Positions 46,520 through 56,198 of a stretch of 64,000 bases of DNA are shown here, in pieces (the stretch's first letter is position 1; the number at the start of each line of letters is the position of its first letter). Position numbers and translations under genes: made by a program. Source of the DNA: an uncultured Solirubrobacterales bacterium (lineage in GTDB: Bacteria > Actinomycetota > Thermoleophilia > Solirubrobacterales > 70-9); the NCBI GenBank assembly GCA_963800705.1, contig CAWDBV010000002.1, positions 632,070-696,069 on the forward strand, given 5' to 3'. The notes beneath the pieces are model-generated. The model had not been told where the DNA came from, searched no databases, and was given only the letters and a program-made list of their open reading frames with translations.

Positions 46520-46903
46520 TCAGGGAGCGAGCGGGGCCCCGTGCCCAGCGAGGCGCCCGCCCACCGAGTCGGCGATGGCGCCCAGGCTCAACGGCCGGCG
46601 GAGCAGGGCCGCCCAGGGCAGGTGCTGCACGAGCTCCTGGGCCAGGTCGACCCCTCCGGCGATCCCAATCAGGCGGGCCCCTGCGCGCGCCAGCGCCTCG
46701 ATGGCTCCCGCTTCGAGCCGCTGACCCGCGAGATCGACGATGATGACCTGCGGTCGCCGCGAGCCGGGGAGGGCGAGCGTGGTGAGCGCCTCCCGGAGCG
46801 TCCCGAAGCCGACGACGTCGTATCCCCGCTCGATGAGCTCGGCCCCCAGACAGGCCCGCGTCCAGTGATCCGCATCGACAATCCACACGACCGGCTCGTC
46901 CAC
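46520..46903 (-). CDS. Stand-alone receiver (REC)-like domain protein
   Basis: VWIVDADHW..QVIIVDL..IGIAG has the alternating beta/alpha pattern of CheY-like receivers. It ends 30 nt upstream of the MBOAT gene. Confidence 0.5.
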   Translation of the reverse strand: MDEPVVWIVDADHWTRACLGAELIERGYDVVGFGTLREALTTLALPGSRRPQVIIVDLAGQRLEAGAIEALARAGARLIGIAGGVDLAQELVQHLPWAALLRRPLSLGAIADSVGGRLAGHGAPLAP

Positions 46904-47214
46904 GTCGCCCTCCGAGTATCAATCATGCGTCGTCCAGTCTGCCGGAGGCCAGATGACGCCGCGAAATACGTAAAGGGCCCAGGCGCCGGTGAGGAACGAC
47001 CTGGGAACTTTCGACTCCGGCCGGCGAGAGGCAGGCCGGCATCGTCCCGCCTCCGCGCCATTGTCAAGCGCAGCCGTGTCCAGCCGGGCCAGCAAAAGAT
47101 CAGGCCAGGGGCGGTCGAGGGTCGGAAGACGGGGTAGGTTTTTTTCTTACGTGAAGGCTTCGCGGGAACGGTCTGAGGCGCTCGACTTCCGGCGGCTGGG
47201 TTAAACTGCCGCGC

Positions 47215-47445
47215 ATGGGCGCCGATCCGTCCCAGATGATCGAGACGTTCTCCCCGCCGGTCGTGAAGCGGCGGCGTCGTCGCCGCAAGCACGACCAGGG
47301 CCGGCTGAAGCGCCACCTCACCCTCCGCAGGGTGCAGCGCATGATCCTGTTCGTCGTCCTGGGCTCCGGTGTCGTGGCGGCCAGCGTCGCGATGGCCCTC
47401 AACATGGCCATCGAGCAACAGACCCAGACGGCCCCTGTCCCCTGA
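47215..47445 (+). CDS. Small basic membrane protein, hypothetical
   Basis: 76 aa with an RRRRRRK patch then the TM MILFVVLGSGVVAASVAMAL. Confidence 0.35.
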   Translation: MGADPSQMIETFSPPVVKRRRRRRKHDQGRLKRHLTLRRVQRMILFVVLGSGVVAASVAMALNMAIEQQTQTAPVP

Positions 47446-47467
47446 TCGAGGTCCTGGGGAGCCCGGC

Positions 47468-48058
47468 TCAGTCGCGCACGGCGGAGATCACGATCGCGAG
47501 GGCGAGGAGCGTATCGAGGGCACAGCAAAACTCGGCCATCGAGCGGGCCACCACCCGGTTGACCGAGTGGTGATAGACGTCCCACGCTGTATGGCCGAGC
47601 AGCCCGGCCGCGACGATGTACGCGCCCGCATCCCCCCCGACGATCAGCGCGATCGCCGCGGCTGTCCCGAAACCGACCATCGCAATCGACTGGAGCGGCA
47701 GTCCGTCCCTCGGACGGGCCGCTCCTCGCAGCAAGCCGTAGACGACGAAAAAGGCCGCCAGGCCCAGAAAGACCCACGTCGCGTCGAAGGGGACGACCCC
47801 GACGCTGGTGGCGGTGATGGCGACGAAGGTGCCGAAGAACAGCGGCCACGCCGCCGAGGGCTTCTGCAGAGCGGCCGCGCCGAGGTACACGAGCCCCGAC
47901 GCGGCGAGGATCGGGGCCAGGTCGCTGCCACTCGACATGTCACGCGCGACGAACCCCGCCAGGGCGATGCCTGCCAGGATCGGCCACCACTTCAAGGAGC
48001 GCCACACCGCTCGGGGCGAGGCCGCGCTGTGGGAGGGGTTGGATCCGCTGGCTGTCAT
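47468..48058 (-). CDS. Polytopic membrane protein, hypothetical
   Basis: 196 aa starting at ATG 48058, the real part of ORF 47468..49267. It has 5-6 hydrophobic helices. Confidence 0.55.
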   Translation of the reverse strand: MTASGSNPSHSAASPRAVWRSLKWWPILAGIALAGFVARDMSSGSDLAPILAASGLVYLGAAALQKPSAAWPLFFGTFVAITATSVGVVPFDATWVFLGLAAFFVVYGLLRGAARPRDGLPLQSIAMVGFGTAAAIALIVGGDAGAYIVAAGLLGHTAWDVYHHSVNRVVARSMAEFCCALDTLLALAIVISAVRD

Positions 48059-48069
48059 GTGGGCATCTC

Positions 48070-49056
48070 CTATCCAGACCGTCGAGCGAGGCCCGGCGCG
48101 AGCCAAGGCCGATCCAGGCGAGGACGAGGATGGTGAACGTGGCCCAGATCGAGAATCGATGCGAGCGCCGCCGCATCCGGCACCACGAGGCTCTGACCCC
48201 GCCGCGCCTGCCAGAGCAACAGGAGAAACAGAGAGGCATAGCTTGCCGCGGCGGCCAGCACGGCCCTCACGCGGATCGTCTCGGACCGTCGCCATCGCCG
48301 CACGCCGACGGCGATCAGCGCGAGCGCCTGGATCGCGTGCAGGCCGATGAAGTGGGCAACCCGCATGTCGCCGTGCTCCCGGCTCCACCCCGTCACCGGC
48401 ACCCCGGGACCCCCGTCCAGCCCGCCGACCGAATGTGCGCCCACGACCGTCATCCGCTCCCCGGCGCGGGCGTCCGCAAGCTGCGCCGCGGTCGGCCGGG
48501 TCATCAGCGGGCCGGTCAGCGCGCCGAGGATGGTGATCGTGATGCCGAGGCGAAGGCCCCACCCGAGCGGGCGGTCGGTGAACCGCTGCCGCCACAGCGC
48601 GACGGCCACCGCGATGCTCACCAGCGTCTGCAGGATGATCGCGCTGCCCATGACGAAGAACACCACCGTATTGAACGGCGTCGACACGTTGAAATGGCTC
48701 GCCGTTCCCCGCCAGGCCTGCAGGTCGATGAGCGCCACCTCCAGCACGAACACGATCGCGGTCGTCCAGCCCACGGCGCGGCGGACGCGCGGCCAGTCCA
48801 GCAGCCGCCCGAAGATCCAGGCGAGCGTGAGGCTGTAGACGGCGGTGGAGACCGCGAACTTGAACGGCTTGAGCCAGGCGCGCGCGCCGCCGATGATGCG
48901 CGGATCGACGAGCACGCCCACCAGGGAAGCGCCGGCCACGGCGATCATCAGGACGCCCACGGCCGTCAGCGGCGGGCTCGCGCGCCAGAGGCGATCGAGC
49001 AGCGCGGCTGCCCGAGCCCTGGCCGTGGTCGGGGTGGCGCCCCGCAGCGGATCCAT
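48070..49056 (-). CDS. Polytopic membrane protein, hypothetical
   Basis: The C-terminal 328 aa of ORF 48070..50571, from MDPLRGATPT. It has multiple TM helices. Confidence 0.5.
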   Translation of the reverse strand: MDPLRGATPTTARARAAALLDRLWRASPPLTAVGVLMIAVAGASLVGVLVDPRIIGGARAWLKPFKFAVSTAVYSLTLAWIFGRLLDWPRVRRAVGWTTAIVFVLEVALIDLQAWRGTASHFNVSTPFNTVVFFVMGSAIILQTLVSIAVAVALWRQRFTDRPLGWGLRLGITITILGALTGPLMTRPTAAQLADARAGERMTVVGAHSVGGLDGGPGVPVTGWSREHGDMRVAHFIGLHAIQALALIAVGVRRWRRSETIRVRAVLAAAASYASLFLLLLWQARRGQSLVVPDAAALASILDLGHVHHPRPRLDRPWLAPGLARRSG

Positions 49057-49199
49057 GGACGGCTCCTCGGGTGTCGTCAATCTCACCATCTCCTCCCGTG
49101 GCGATGGAACGTGATGGAAGATGGGCTCGCGCCCGGAAAACGTGTACACGCCGTCCCTGACGGGCGTGAAAGTGCGGGGCAGTGTCGAGGGCGAGCCGG

Positions 49200-50571
49200 T
49201 TATTTGCCTGTGTAGCTGACGCGCCAGATGGAGTTGGAGCCGTCGTCGGTGACGAGCAGGGAGCCATCGGGGGCGAGGGTCACGCCCACCGGGCGGCCCC
49301 AGACGTTGCCCTCGGCTGTCACGAAGCCGGTGAGGAAGTCCTGATATTCCCCGCTGGCCCGGTCCTGCTGCTGCAGGGGCACGCGGATCACCTGGTAGCC
49401 GGTACGGACCGAGCGGTTCCACGAGCCGTGCTCGGCGGCGAAGATGTCCCCCTGGTATTCGGCGGGGAACTGCTTGCCCTCGTAGAACATCAGCTGCAGC
49501 GAGGCGAAGTGCGGCTGCAGGAGCACGTCGGGGACGATGACCTTGTCCCGGAGCTCGGGGTGTTTGCCCTGGTGGTCGGGGTCCTGGTTGGCGCCGATGT
49601 AGTACTAGGGCCAGCCGTAGAAGCCGCCGTCCTTGACGCTGGTGATGTAGTCGGGGACCAGGTTGTCGCCCAGCCCATCCCGTTCGTTCACCGAGGTCCA
49701 TAGCTGGCCGGTGCGCGGGTTGACGGCGATGCCGACCGGGTTGCGGATGCCCGAGGCGTAGACGCGCATGCCGCCCCCCTCCGGATCGAACTCCAGGATG
49801 TTGGCCCGGTGCCGCTCGCCCTCGTTGCTGTCCGGGTCGTCCTTGTTCGTGAGCGAGCCGACCGAGACGAACATCTTCTTGCCGTCGAGGGAGAAGGCGA
49901 CGTCCCGGGTCCAGTGTCCGCCGCCGCGAAGGCGGCCCCCGCCAGGCAGGTCGGCGACCTTCTGGGCGGGGCCGCGCGCGGTGAGGTCCCCGCTGCGGTA
50001 GGGGAACGCGCACCACCTGATCCGTGTTGGCGACGTAGAGCCAGCTCGGCTCGCCCGTGGGTGGGTAAAAGGCGATGCCGAACGGTTTGCGCAGGTCGCG
50101 CGCGAACACCTGGTTCTCCCGGGCGCGGCCCTCGGCGTCGACGCCGCGGAAGACGCGCACGAGGTCGTCATCGCTCTCCGCCACGAAGAAGTCGCCGTTG
50201 GGGGCGGTGCGGATCAAGCGCGGGTTCGACAGCCCCTGCGCGTAGAGCTGCACCTTGAAGCCGGCGGGCGCTTGCGGCCAGGCTCCCTCGGGCCGGGGCA
50301 CCAGGTCCGGGCCGTTGTCCGAGGAGGGGGTGGTGAACGGGGGCGGCAGGTCGCTGGCCGTGATCTTGTGGGTCCGGCCGGGGCTCTGCGCGCGGTAGTC
50401 GGCGAAGGGGCTCGAGGTCCCCGTGGCGGACGTCGATCCCGGCTTCCCGGGGGCGCCGCCTGTCGCGGTGGTCTTGCAGCCCGCGCTGCCGAGGGTGAGG
50501 GCGACCAGGGCGGCCAGCACCGCTGCCTGGTCGAGGCGCGAAATGATAGGAATGGCGTGGACGGTGCTCAC
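49200..50571 (-). pseudogene. PQQ-dependent sugar (sorbosone/glucose) dehydrogenase lipoprotein with a frameshift and an in-frame TAG
   Basis: Signal LVALTLGSAGC, PNGDFFVAE, RKPFGIAFYP. After a shift near 50010: GGGHWTRDVAFS, IRNPVGIAVNP and GFYGWP-TAG(49605-07)-YYIGANQDP...GRPVGVTLAPDGSLLVTDD. The stop and the downstream part are in the same frame. Confidence 0.75.
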
Positions 50572-50757
50572 GGCCCGTACTCTAGGTCGAGGCCGGTGAA
50601 CGGGGAAGCGGATGATACACGCAGCCTTCGACGTTCAGGGTCGGGGCGCTGCTGGGTCGGGGTGGTTGCGGGGGAGGGCAGGGTGTCGCAGGTTGGTGCC
50701 ACGGTCCTGGTGGTGGACTGGTGCTCGGGGTCTGTCCAGCCCACAAAGGAGCCCAAA

Positions 50758-51678
50758 ATGAAGCTGCCGACGAATCCGCCGACGAATCTGCCGACCGTGC
50801 TCGTGCCCTTGCTCGCCTCGGGCGCGATCCTCGTCGCCACCCCGGCCTGGGGCGGACCCCCGGAGGCCGTCCCGTCCCTGGACGTCCCCTACGTGGCCAC
50901 CCCTCCCGAGGTGGTCCAGGTGATGCTCGCCCTGGCCAAGGTCCAGCGCGGCGACACGGTCTACGATCTGGGATCGGGCGACGGCCGCCTCGTGGTCACC
51001 GCCGCCGAGCGTTTCGGCGCCCGCGGCATGGGCGTGGACATCGACCCGCAACGGGTGGCGGAGGCGCGGACCAACGCCCGCCGAGCCGGCGTCAGCGGAA
51101 AGGTGGAGTTCAAGCAGGCCGACCTCTTCGGGATCGATCTGCGGCCGGCCAGCGTGCTGACCATGTACCTCTTGCCGGACGTGAACCTGAAGCTTCGCCC
51201 CCGCATCCTCGAGCAGCTTCGCCCCGGCGCGCGCGTGGTGTCTCACGACTTCGGCATGGCCGAGTGGCAGCCCGACGCCCAGCGAACCGTGGGTGAGCAC
51301 TGCGTGTTCCTGTGGATCGTGCCCGCCAAGGTCGCCGGCACCTGGGACTGGACGGTGCCGCTCACCTCCGGACCCCGGCAATACGCCGCGAACCTGGACC
51401 AGCGCTTTCAGCAGGTGGCGGGCACGGCGCTCGCCGGGAACCCCGGCCCGGACACGCCCGGAAGCGGCGGCCAAAGCAAGATCCCCCTGACGGAAATCAA
51501 GCTTGTCGGAGATCAGCTGGCCTTCACCATTCGCGATCCCGGCGGGCCGGAGGGGCGGCCCCTCGTCATGCAGTACCAGGGCTCGGTCTCGAACGGCACC
51601 ACCAGCGGCGTCGTCACCATCATCGAGGGCGCCTCGTCCGCCCAGGTCCCCTGGAACGCCCGCCGGCAGGTGAAATGA
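50758..51678 (+). CDS. Secreted class I SAM-dependent methyltransferase-domain protein
   Basis: RBS aaggag. After the signal comes VYDLGSGDGRLVVTAAERFGARGMGVDID (motif I). Confidence 0.7.
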   Translation: MKLPTNPPTNLPTVLVPLLASGAILVATPAWGGPPEAVPSLDVPYVATPPEVVQVMLALAKVQRGDTVYDLGSGDGRLVVTAAERFGARGMGVDIDPQRVAEARTNARRAGVSGKVEFKQADLFGIDLRPASVLTMYLLPDVNLKLRPRILEQLRPGARVVSHDFGMAEWQPDAQRTVGEHCVFLWIVPAKVAGTWDWTVPLTSGPRQYAANLDQRFQQVAGTALAGNPGPDTPGSGGQSKIPLTEIKLVGDQLAFTIRDPGGPEGRPLVMQYQGSVSNGTTSGVVTIIEGASSAQVPWNARRQVK

Positions 51679-51693
51679 CCTCCCCCTGGACCG

Positions 51694-53341
51694 TCAGGCC
51701 AGCCGCTCGATGCCGGGACGGAACGTCTCGATGGCGAACGAGGCGGCCGTCTCGATGGGGGCGCCGAGACGGCTCACGAAGGGCATCACGCGCACGTCGG
51801 TTCGCCAGCTTCGCTGATCGATCCGGAAGCGGAGATAGCCCCGCCAGCCGTTGTGGAACTTGAGGTGGGGGTTGGCGGCCAGGATGGCCATCGCCGCCGG
51901 GGGAGGCGGCGATGCCGTCGCCGCTCGACGAGAGAGCGGGGCACACCAGCTCCGAGGCCACGGTGGCCGAGCGGGGATCGTCGAAGTTCTCCTTCACGTC
52001 GCCGATCCAGGTGCGGTGGTCGTCGCCGGTGAGCACCACCGGGTTGAGGGGCCCTCGCTCGGCGAAGAAGCGGGTCAGGCGCTGGCGGGCGGCCGGGTAG
52101 CCGTCCCACTTGTCGCGGTTGCTCAGCCGGACGCCGCGCTCGGCCGTCGGGTAAACCCGCTGGGCCAGAAAGATCCCCTGGGCGAGCGCGTTCCAGCGGG
52201 CGTTCGATCCCTGCAGGCCACGGCGCAGCCAGGCCTCCTGCCGCAGTCCCAGCATGCTCGCCGCTCTGCTGTCAGGTGGCTCGGGAGCGGGCCGCGTCCA
52301 GCCGTTGCGGCTGGGGGGCAGGCTGCGGTACTGGCGGGTGTCCAGCAGGTGCAGATCGAGCAGATCGCCGAAGCCGAGCCGCCGGTAGAGCAACATGTCG
52401 GGGCCGTTCGGCCGCGCGCTCGACCGCAGGGGCATGTGCTCGTAGAAGGCCTGGTAGGCCGCCGCGCGGCGCTGAGCGAACCGGTCGGTGTCCTCCCCGC
52501 GGATGTCGAAGCCGCCTCCGTAGTTGTCGACCACCTCATGGTCATCCCAGATCACGATCCAGGGGAAGAAGGCGTGGGCGGCCTGCAGGAGCGGATCGGA
52601 CTTGTAGAGCGCGTAGCGATTCCGGTAGTCCGCCAGGGTCGTCACCTCGGGCCCGTTGTGCTGCCGGACCGCCTGCGGATCGACCCCACCTTCGTAGATG
52701 TAGTCACCGAGGTGGACGACGAAGTCGAGATCCTCGGCGCACAGGTGCTGAAAGCCCGTGTAGTGCCCCGTCTGCCAGTCCAGGCAGGAGGTGGCCGCGA
52801 AGTGCAGGCGGTCCAACCGGGCGCCGCTCGCCGGGGCGGTCCGGGCCCTCCCGATGGGGGACACCTCCGAGCCGACCCGGAAGCGGTACCAGTACCAGCT
52901 CCCCGGGGCGAGACCGGCGATCTCGGCGTGGACCGAATGGGCCAGCCCGGGGACGGCGATGGCCTCGCCTTGCGACACGACCGCGCTCATCTTGTCGTCG
53001 GTGGCCACCTGCCAGCTCACCGCCACCGGCTCGGGCGGCATCCCGCCACCGTGGAAGGGATTGGGCGCCAGGCGGGTCCAGAGCACGAAGCCGTCCGGGG
53101 TGGGATTGCCCGAGGCGACCCCCAGGGTGAAGAGATCGGCCGGCAACACGGGCGTCGGCCCGGACTTCGGGGCTGGCGCTGGCGCTGGCGTGGGGGCTGG
53201 CGCTGGCGCTGGCTGGGGCGCTGGCGCGGGGACGACCGGCGCACCGGGCGGTGCGGCTCGGGTGAGTGAGCACCCGGCCCAGGCAGCCGCGCTCGAAAGC
53301 AGCGCGCGCCGACTCGGTCCCGGTGGTTCCCGTCGCTTCAT
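51694..53341 (-). CDS. phoD: Alkaline phosphatase D (PhoD) family, Tat signal, 1 frameshift near 51895
   Basis: MKRREPPGPSRRALLSSAAAWAG, LGVASGNPTPDGFVLWTRL, FVVHLGDYIYE, IVIWDDHEV. The tail HLKFHNGWRGYLRFRIDQ lies in ORF 51694..51891. Confidence 0.8.
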
Positions 53342-53447
53342 GCCGGCACTCTACGCGGGAACTTTTCGCGCGAGCTATTACGATTTTCAGGCTGGCGATT
53401 CTCCCGGTCCTCGAGGCGCGGGTTTTTCCTCGACAAAAGCCTATTTT

Positions 53448-54473
53448 TTACATGTTGATGGCCGTCTCGCCTTCGCCGAGGCCGTGTCGCTGCCAGGACG
53501 GTCGGGTCACCTGGCAGGACGGAACGGGCCGGTCGTCGACCCGGTACGGCTCGTAGCGCGCGTCGCGGAACATGTCCATGATGGACGCGGCCAGCCGCGG
53601 GTGCGTCGGCTCCAGGAAGCGCAGGGTTTCGAGGCGGCCCTCCTGATCCAGGCACAGCCGCACCGAAGGCCGGGCGCCCCGCAGCCCGGCACCGAACTCC
53701 AGCGGGCTGCGCGGCGGATCGAGCTTCCGCGGGCGGGCCGTCTCCAGGATGGGCGGCGGGCGGCGTGGTGCCGGCACGGCGGCCCCGGGCTGGCGGCGGG
53801 CGGCGGGGACCGGCTCGACCTGCGGCAAGATCTCCAGCGAGGGCGGCCCCGCCCGGGATCCCGGGATCTCGGCGATCTCCAGGGTGATGACCGCCTCCGG
53901 CTCGAAGGGCACGTCGAAGCGGCGCTCGATTCGCAGCAGCGGCCCGGGGCGGCCCGCCTCGAAGCGGATGGCCTGCACCTCCACCTGCACCACGTGCGTG
54001 GTGGCCGGCTCCGAACCGGGGGTGGGCATCAGCCGGGCGCCGGCGGCGGCGGACACCCAGTACAGCCGCACGGCCGGCGACAGGCGGGTGCGGTAGGCGA
54101 CGTTGAGGACCCGCGGGGCCGCATCCGGCACCGGCGGAGCTCCGGTCCTGGATCGCACGGCGGCGGCCGCCTCGGCCCGGCGCCCCGGGCAGGCCAGCGC
54201 GACCTCCTGCCACAGCGACGCGGACTGCGCCGTGTGCCCGGCGGCGTCGGCGGCCCTGGCGGCGGCGATGCGCTCCGTGCAGCAGTCCGGTTCGCTCGAG
54301 CGGCAGGGGGCCGAAGGCAGCCGCGCCTCCAGGTACGCCGACTCCACCAGCTCGGGGGAGGCGCCGGCCCCGGGCGCGTGCCCGCAGGCCATCGGCGCGC
54401 CGGCCGCCATCGCCGCGAGCACTCCGGGAACCCATAGCGGGCGCTGTATCGCCATCGTCGAAGGATGGTTCAC
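53448..54473 (-). CDS. Lipoprotein with TonB-C-like C-terminal domain, hypothetical
   Basis: Signal VLAAMAAGAPMAC. After a P-rich linker comes VRLCLDQEGRLETLRFLEPTHPRLAASIMDMFRDARYEPY. Confidence 0.4.
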   Translation of the reverse strand: MNHPSTMAIQRPLWVPGVLAAMAAGAPMACGHAPGAGASPELVESAYLEARLPSAPCRSSEPDCCTERIAAARAADAAGHTAQSASLWQEVALACPGRRAEAAAAVRSRTGAPPVPDAAPRVLNVAYRTRLSPAVRLYWVSAAAGARLMPTPGSEPATTHVVQVEVQAIRFEAGRPGPLLRIERRFDVPFEPEAVITLEIAEIPGSRAGPPSLEILPQVEPVPAARRQPGAAVPAPRRPPPILETARPRKLDPPRSPLEFGAGLRGARPSVRLCLDQEGRLETLRFLEPTHPRLAASIMDMFRDARYEPYRVDDRPVPSCQVTRPSWQRHGLGEGETAINM

Positions 54474-54501
54474 GGCAAACTCGATTTTCGAGCGCGCTTG
54501 C

Positions 54502-56121
54502 TCAGCGCCTGGCGATGACGAGCTTCAGGCCGGTCCGCTGCTCGCCGGCCTGGAGCGTGAGGCTCGCCTGGTCCGGGCCCGGCTGCCCGTCGGGTCCCTC
54601 GACCCCAGGCCGTCCGAGGGGCGCTGCCCGCAGCCAGATCCGGGAGGGTGGTAGCCCAAACATGACGAAGCTGCCATCCCGACCGGTCTGAGTTTCGATC
54701 TCGAACCGGGTCGCCTCGTCGATGCTCAGCACCCCCATCACCAATGCCGGCGGAGGCCGGGATCCGTCGTCCCACGACACGACGCCGGCAAGGCTCGCCC
54801 CGGCGCCGAAGCGGATCGTCACCTGTTTTCGACCGCTCGTCTCGAGGGGCTCCGGGCCGACGACGGCAAGCTCGGACCCCTGCCTCGCCGTCAAGACGTA
54901 CGCACCGCCGCCCAGACCGGTCAGGACGAAACGTCCCTCGGCGTCGGTGAATGTCACGAGAGAGAGGCCGTCGCCCGGCTTGGACCGCCCGACGGAACCC
55001 TGCACCAGGACCTTCTGTGCCGGCTGCCCGCTGGCTTTCAGCACGATCCCGGTTATCACCGCCGTGTCCCGCAGAACGACATCGCGCTCGAGGTCCGCCG
55101 AGACCGAGATCGGTTCGGCCTGAGACCCGTATCCCGACGCGGAGACGGTGAAACGATGGTTCCCCGGGAGAAAGCCGGCGACCACGTAGCGTCCCTCTTC
55201 ATCTGCAAACCCCAGGGCGGGGGGGCCGAGCGCCCGTCCCGGCTCGTCGAGAGCAGCGAGGCTGATCCTGGCACCCTCCACGGGCGTACCGGCCGTCGAC
55301 GTCACGCGACCTCGCATCGTCAGGGTCGCCGACACGACCAGCTCGAGGTCGTCGACGGCATCGGTCGCTCCCAAAGCGATGGGCTGGTCGAGGTTCCCCA
55401 GCAGGCCCTCCTTCCGCGCCGTCAGGACATAGGTCCCCGGCGCGAGCGACCCGATCAGGAACGCACCCCCGTCGTCCGTCGTCACCGCCCCGGGCGCGTC
55501 GCCCGGGTATCCTCGCCGGCGCTGCGCCGAGACGCGCGCGCCGGGAACCGGTGCTCGCCCCTCGGACGAGACGACCCGGCCCGAGATCCGCGCGGCAGGC
55601 TGGAGGACGAAGTCCCTCGTCTGGTCGGCGGCCAGATGGATCGACTCGCTGGCGGGTGCATAGCCGTCCGCGCCCACCTGGAACGTGTGCCGGCCTCGGG
55701 AAACCTGCAGCCGATACCGCCCCTCCCCGTCCGCCTCTGCCTGAAAGGTTCTCGCATCGTGGGTGTCCTGGGCGTTGCGGACGTAGCTCGTCGCCCGGAC
55801 CTGGGCCCCCGGGATGACACCGCCACCGGCATCGAGCACGCGGCCGGTGAGGGTTGCTCCGTCGGTTGCGGCGGCGACACGCCGATCGTCCGGGTCGGCG
55901 ACCCGCCTGGAGAGGCCGCCTTCGTGCTTCCTTGCCGGCGCGATCGGCCGGCTGGTGAGCCGGTTCGCGCGAGGTGGTCGGACGGGGTCTGGACCCGGTT
56001 CGAGGTCGTCGGGGCGAGACGAGAGCCACAGCGAGACGGCCGCCACCGCGACGATGAGCCCGGCCCACCGCCAGCCGCGGGTGCCCGACCTGACGTCGAT
56101 CTCCGGTTGCGCTCGCCGCAC
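54502..56121 (-). CDS. Membrane-anchored CarboxypepD_reg-repeat protein
   Basis: GTG 56121 and TM WAGLIVAVAAVSLWL, followed by about 5 repeats (LTGRVLDAGGGVIPGAQV..DGEGRY..). It is a paralogue of the C-terminal part of 18245..20749. Confidence 0.7.
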   Translation of the reverse strand: MRRAQPEIDVRSGTRGWRWAGLIVAVAAVSLWLSSRPDDLEPGPDPVRPPRANRLTSRPIAPARKHEGGLSRRVADPDDRRVAAATDGATLTGRVLDAGGGVIPGAQVRATSYVRNAQDTHDARTFQAEADGEGRYRLQVSRGRHTFQVGADGYAPASESIHLAADQTRDFVLQPAARISGRVVSSEGRAPVPGARVSAQRRRGYPGDAPGAVTTDDGGAFLIGSLAPGTYVLTARKEGLLGNLDQPIALGATDAVDDLELVVSATLTMRGRVTSTAGTPVEGARISLAALDEPGRALGPPALGFADEEGRYVVAGFLPGNHRFTVSASGYGSQAEPISVSADLERDVVLRDTAVITGIVLKASGQPAQKVLVQGSVGRSKPGDGLSLVTFTDAEGRFVLTGLGGGAYVLTARQGSELAVVGPEPLETSGRKQVTIRFGAGASLAGVVSWDDGSRPPPALVMGVLSIDEATRFEIETQTGRDGSFVMFGLPPSRIWLRAAPLGRPGVEGPDGQPGPDQASLTLQAGEQRTGLKLVIARR

Positions 56122-56198
56122 GCGCCCCCAGGATACATCAGGCTCGGGCCCATCCGGCCAGCGCCTCCTCCGGACGAAAGCTCCGGGGCGGGACCCGA

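Noticed and set aside
43949-46922. 754-aa plus ORF and 689-aa minus ORF over the MBOAT locus
   Set aside because: They are shadow frames of the MBOAT and SGNH genes. Their R/G/A/P-rich translations have no TM pattern, whereas the 552-aa frame has the MBOAT His motif.
46904-47214. Possible small RNA in the 310-bp spacer, with two 6-bp GC hairpins and a T7 run at about 47139-47145
   Set aside because: There is no convincing promoter-plus-terminator pair, and the T-run is not preceded by a stable stem. The evidence is insufficient without expression data.
48070-50571. 833-aa minus ORF as one protein
   Set aside because: It is a composite of the PQQ dehydrogenase N-terminus, an out-of-frame stretch and a separate membrane protein starting at 49056.
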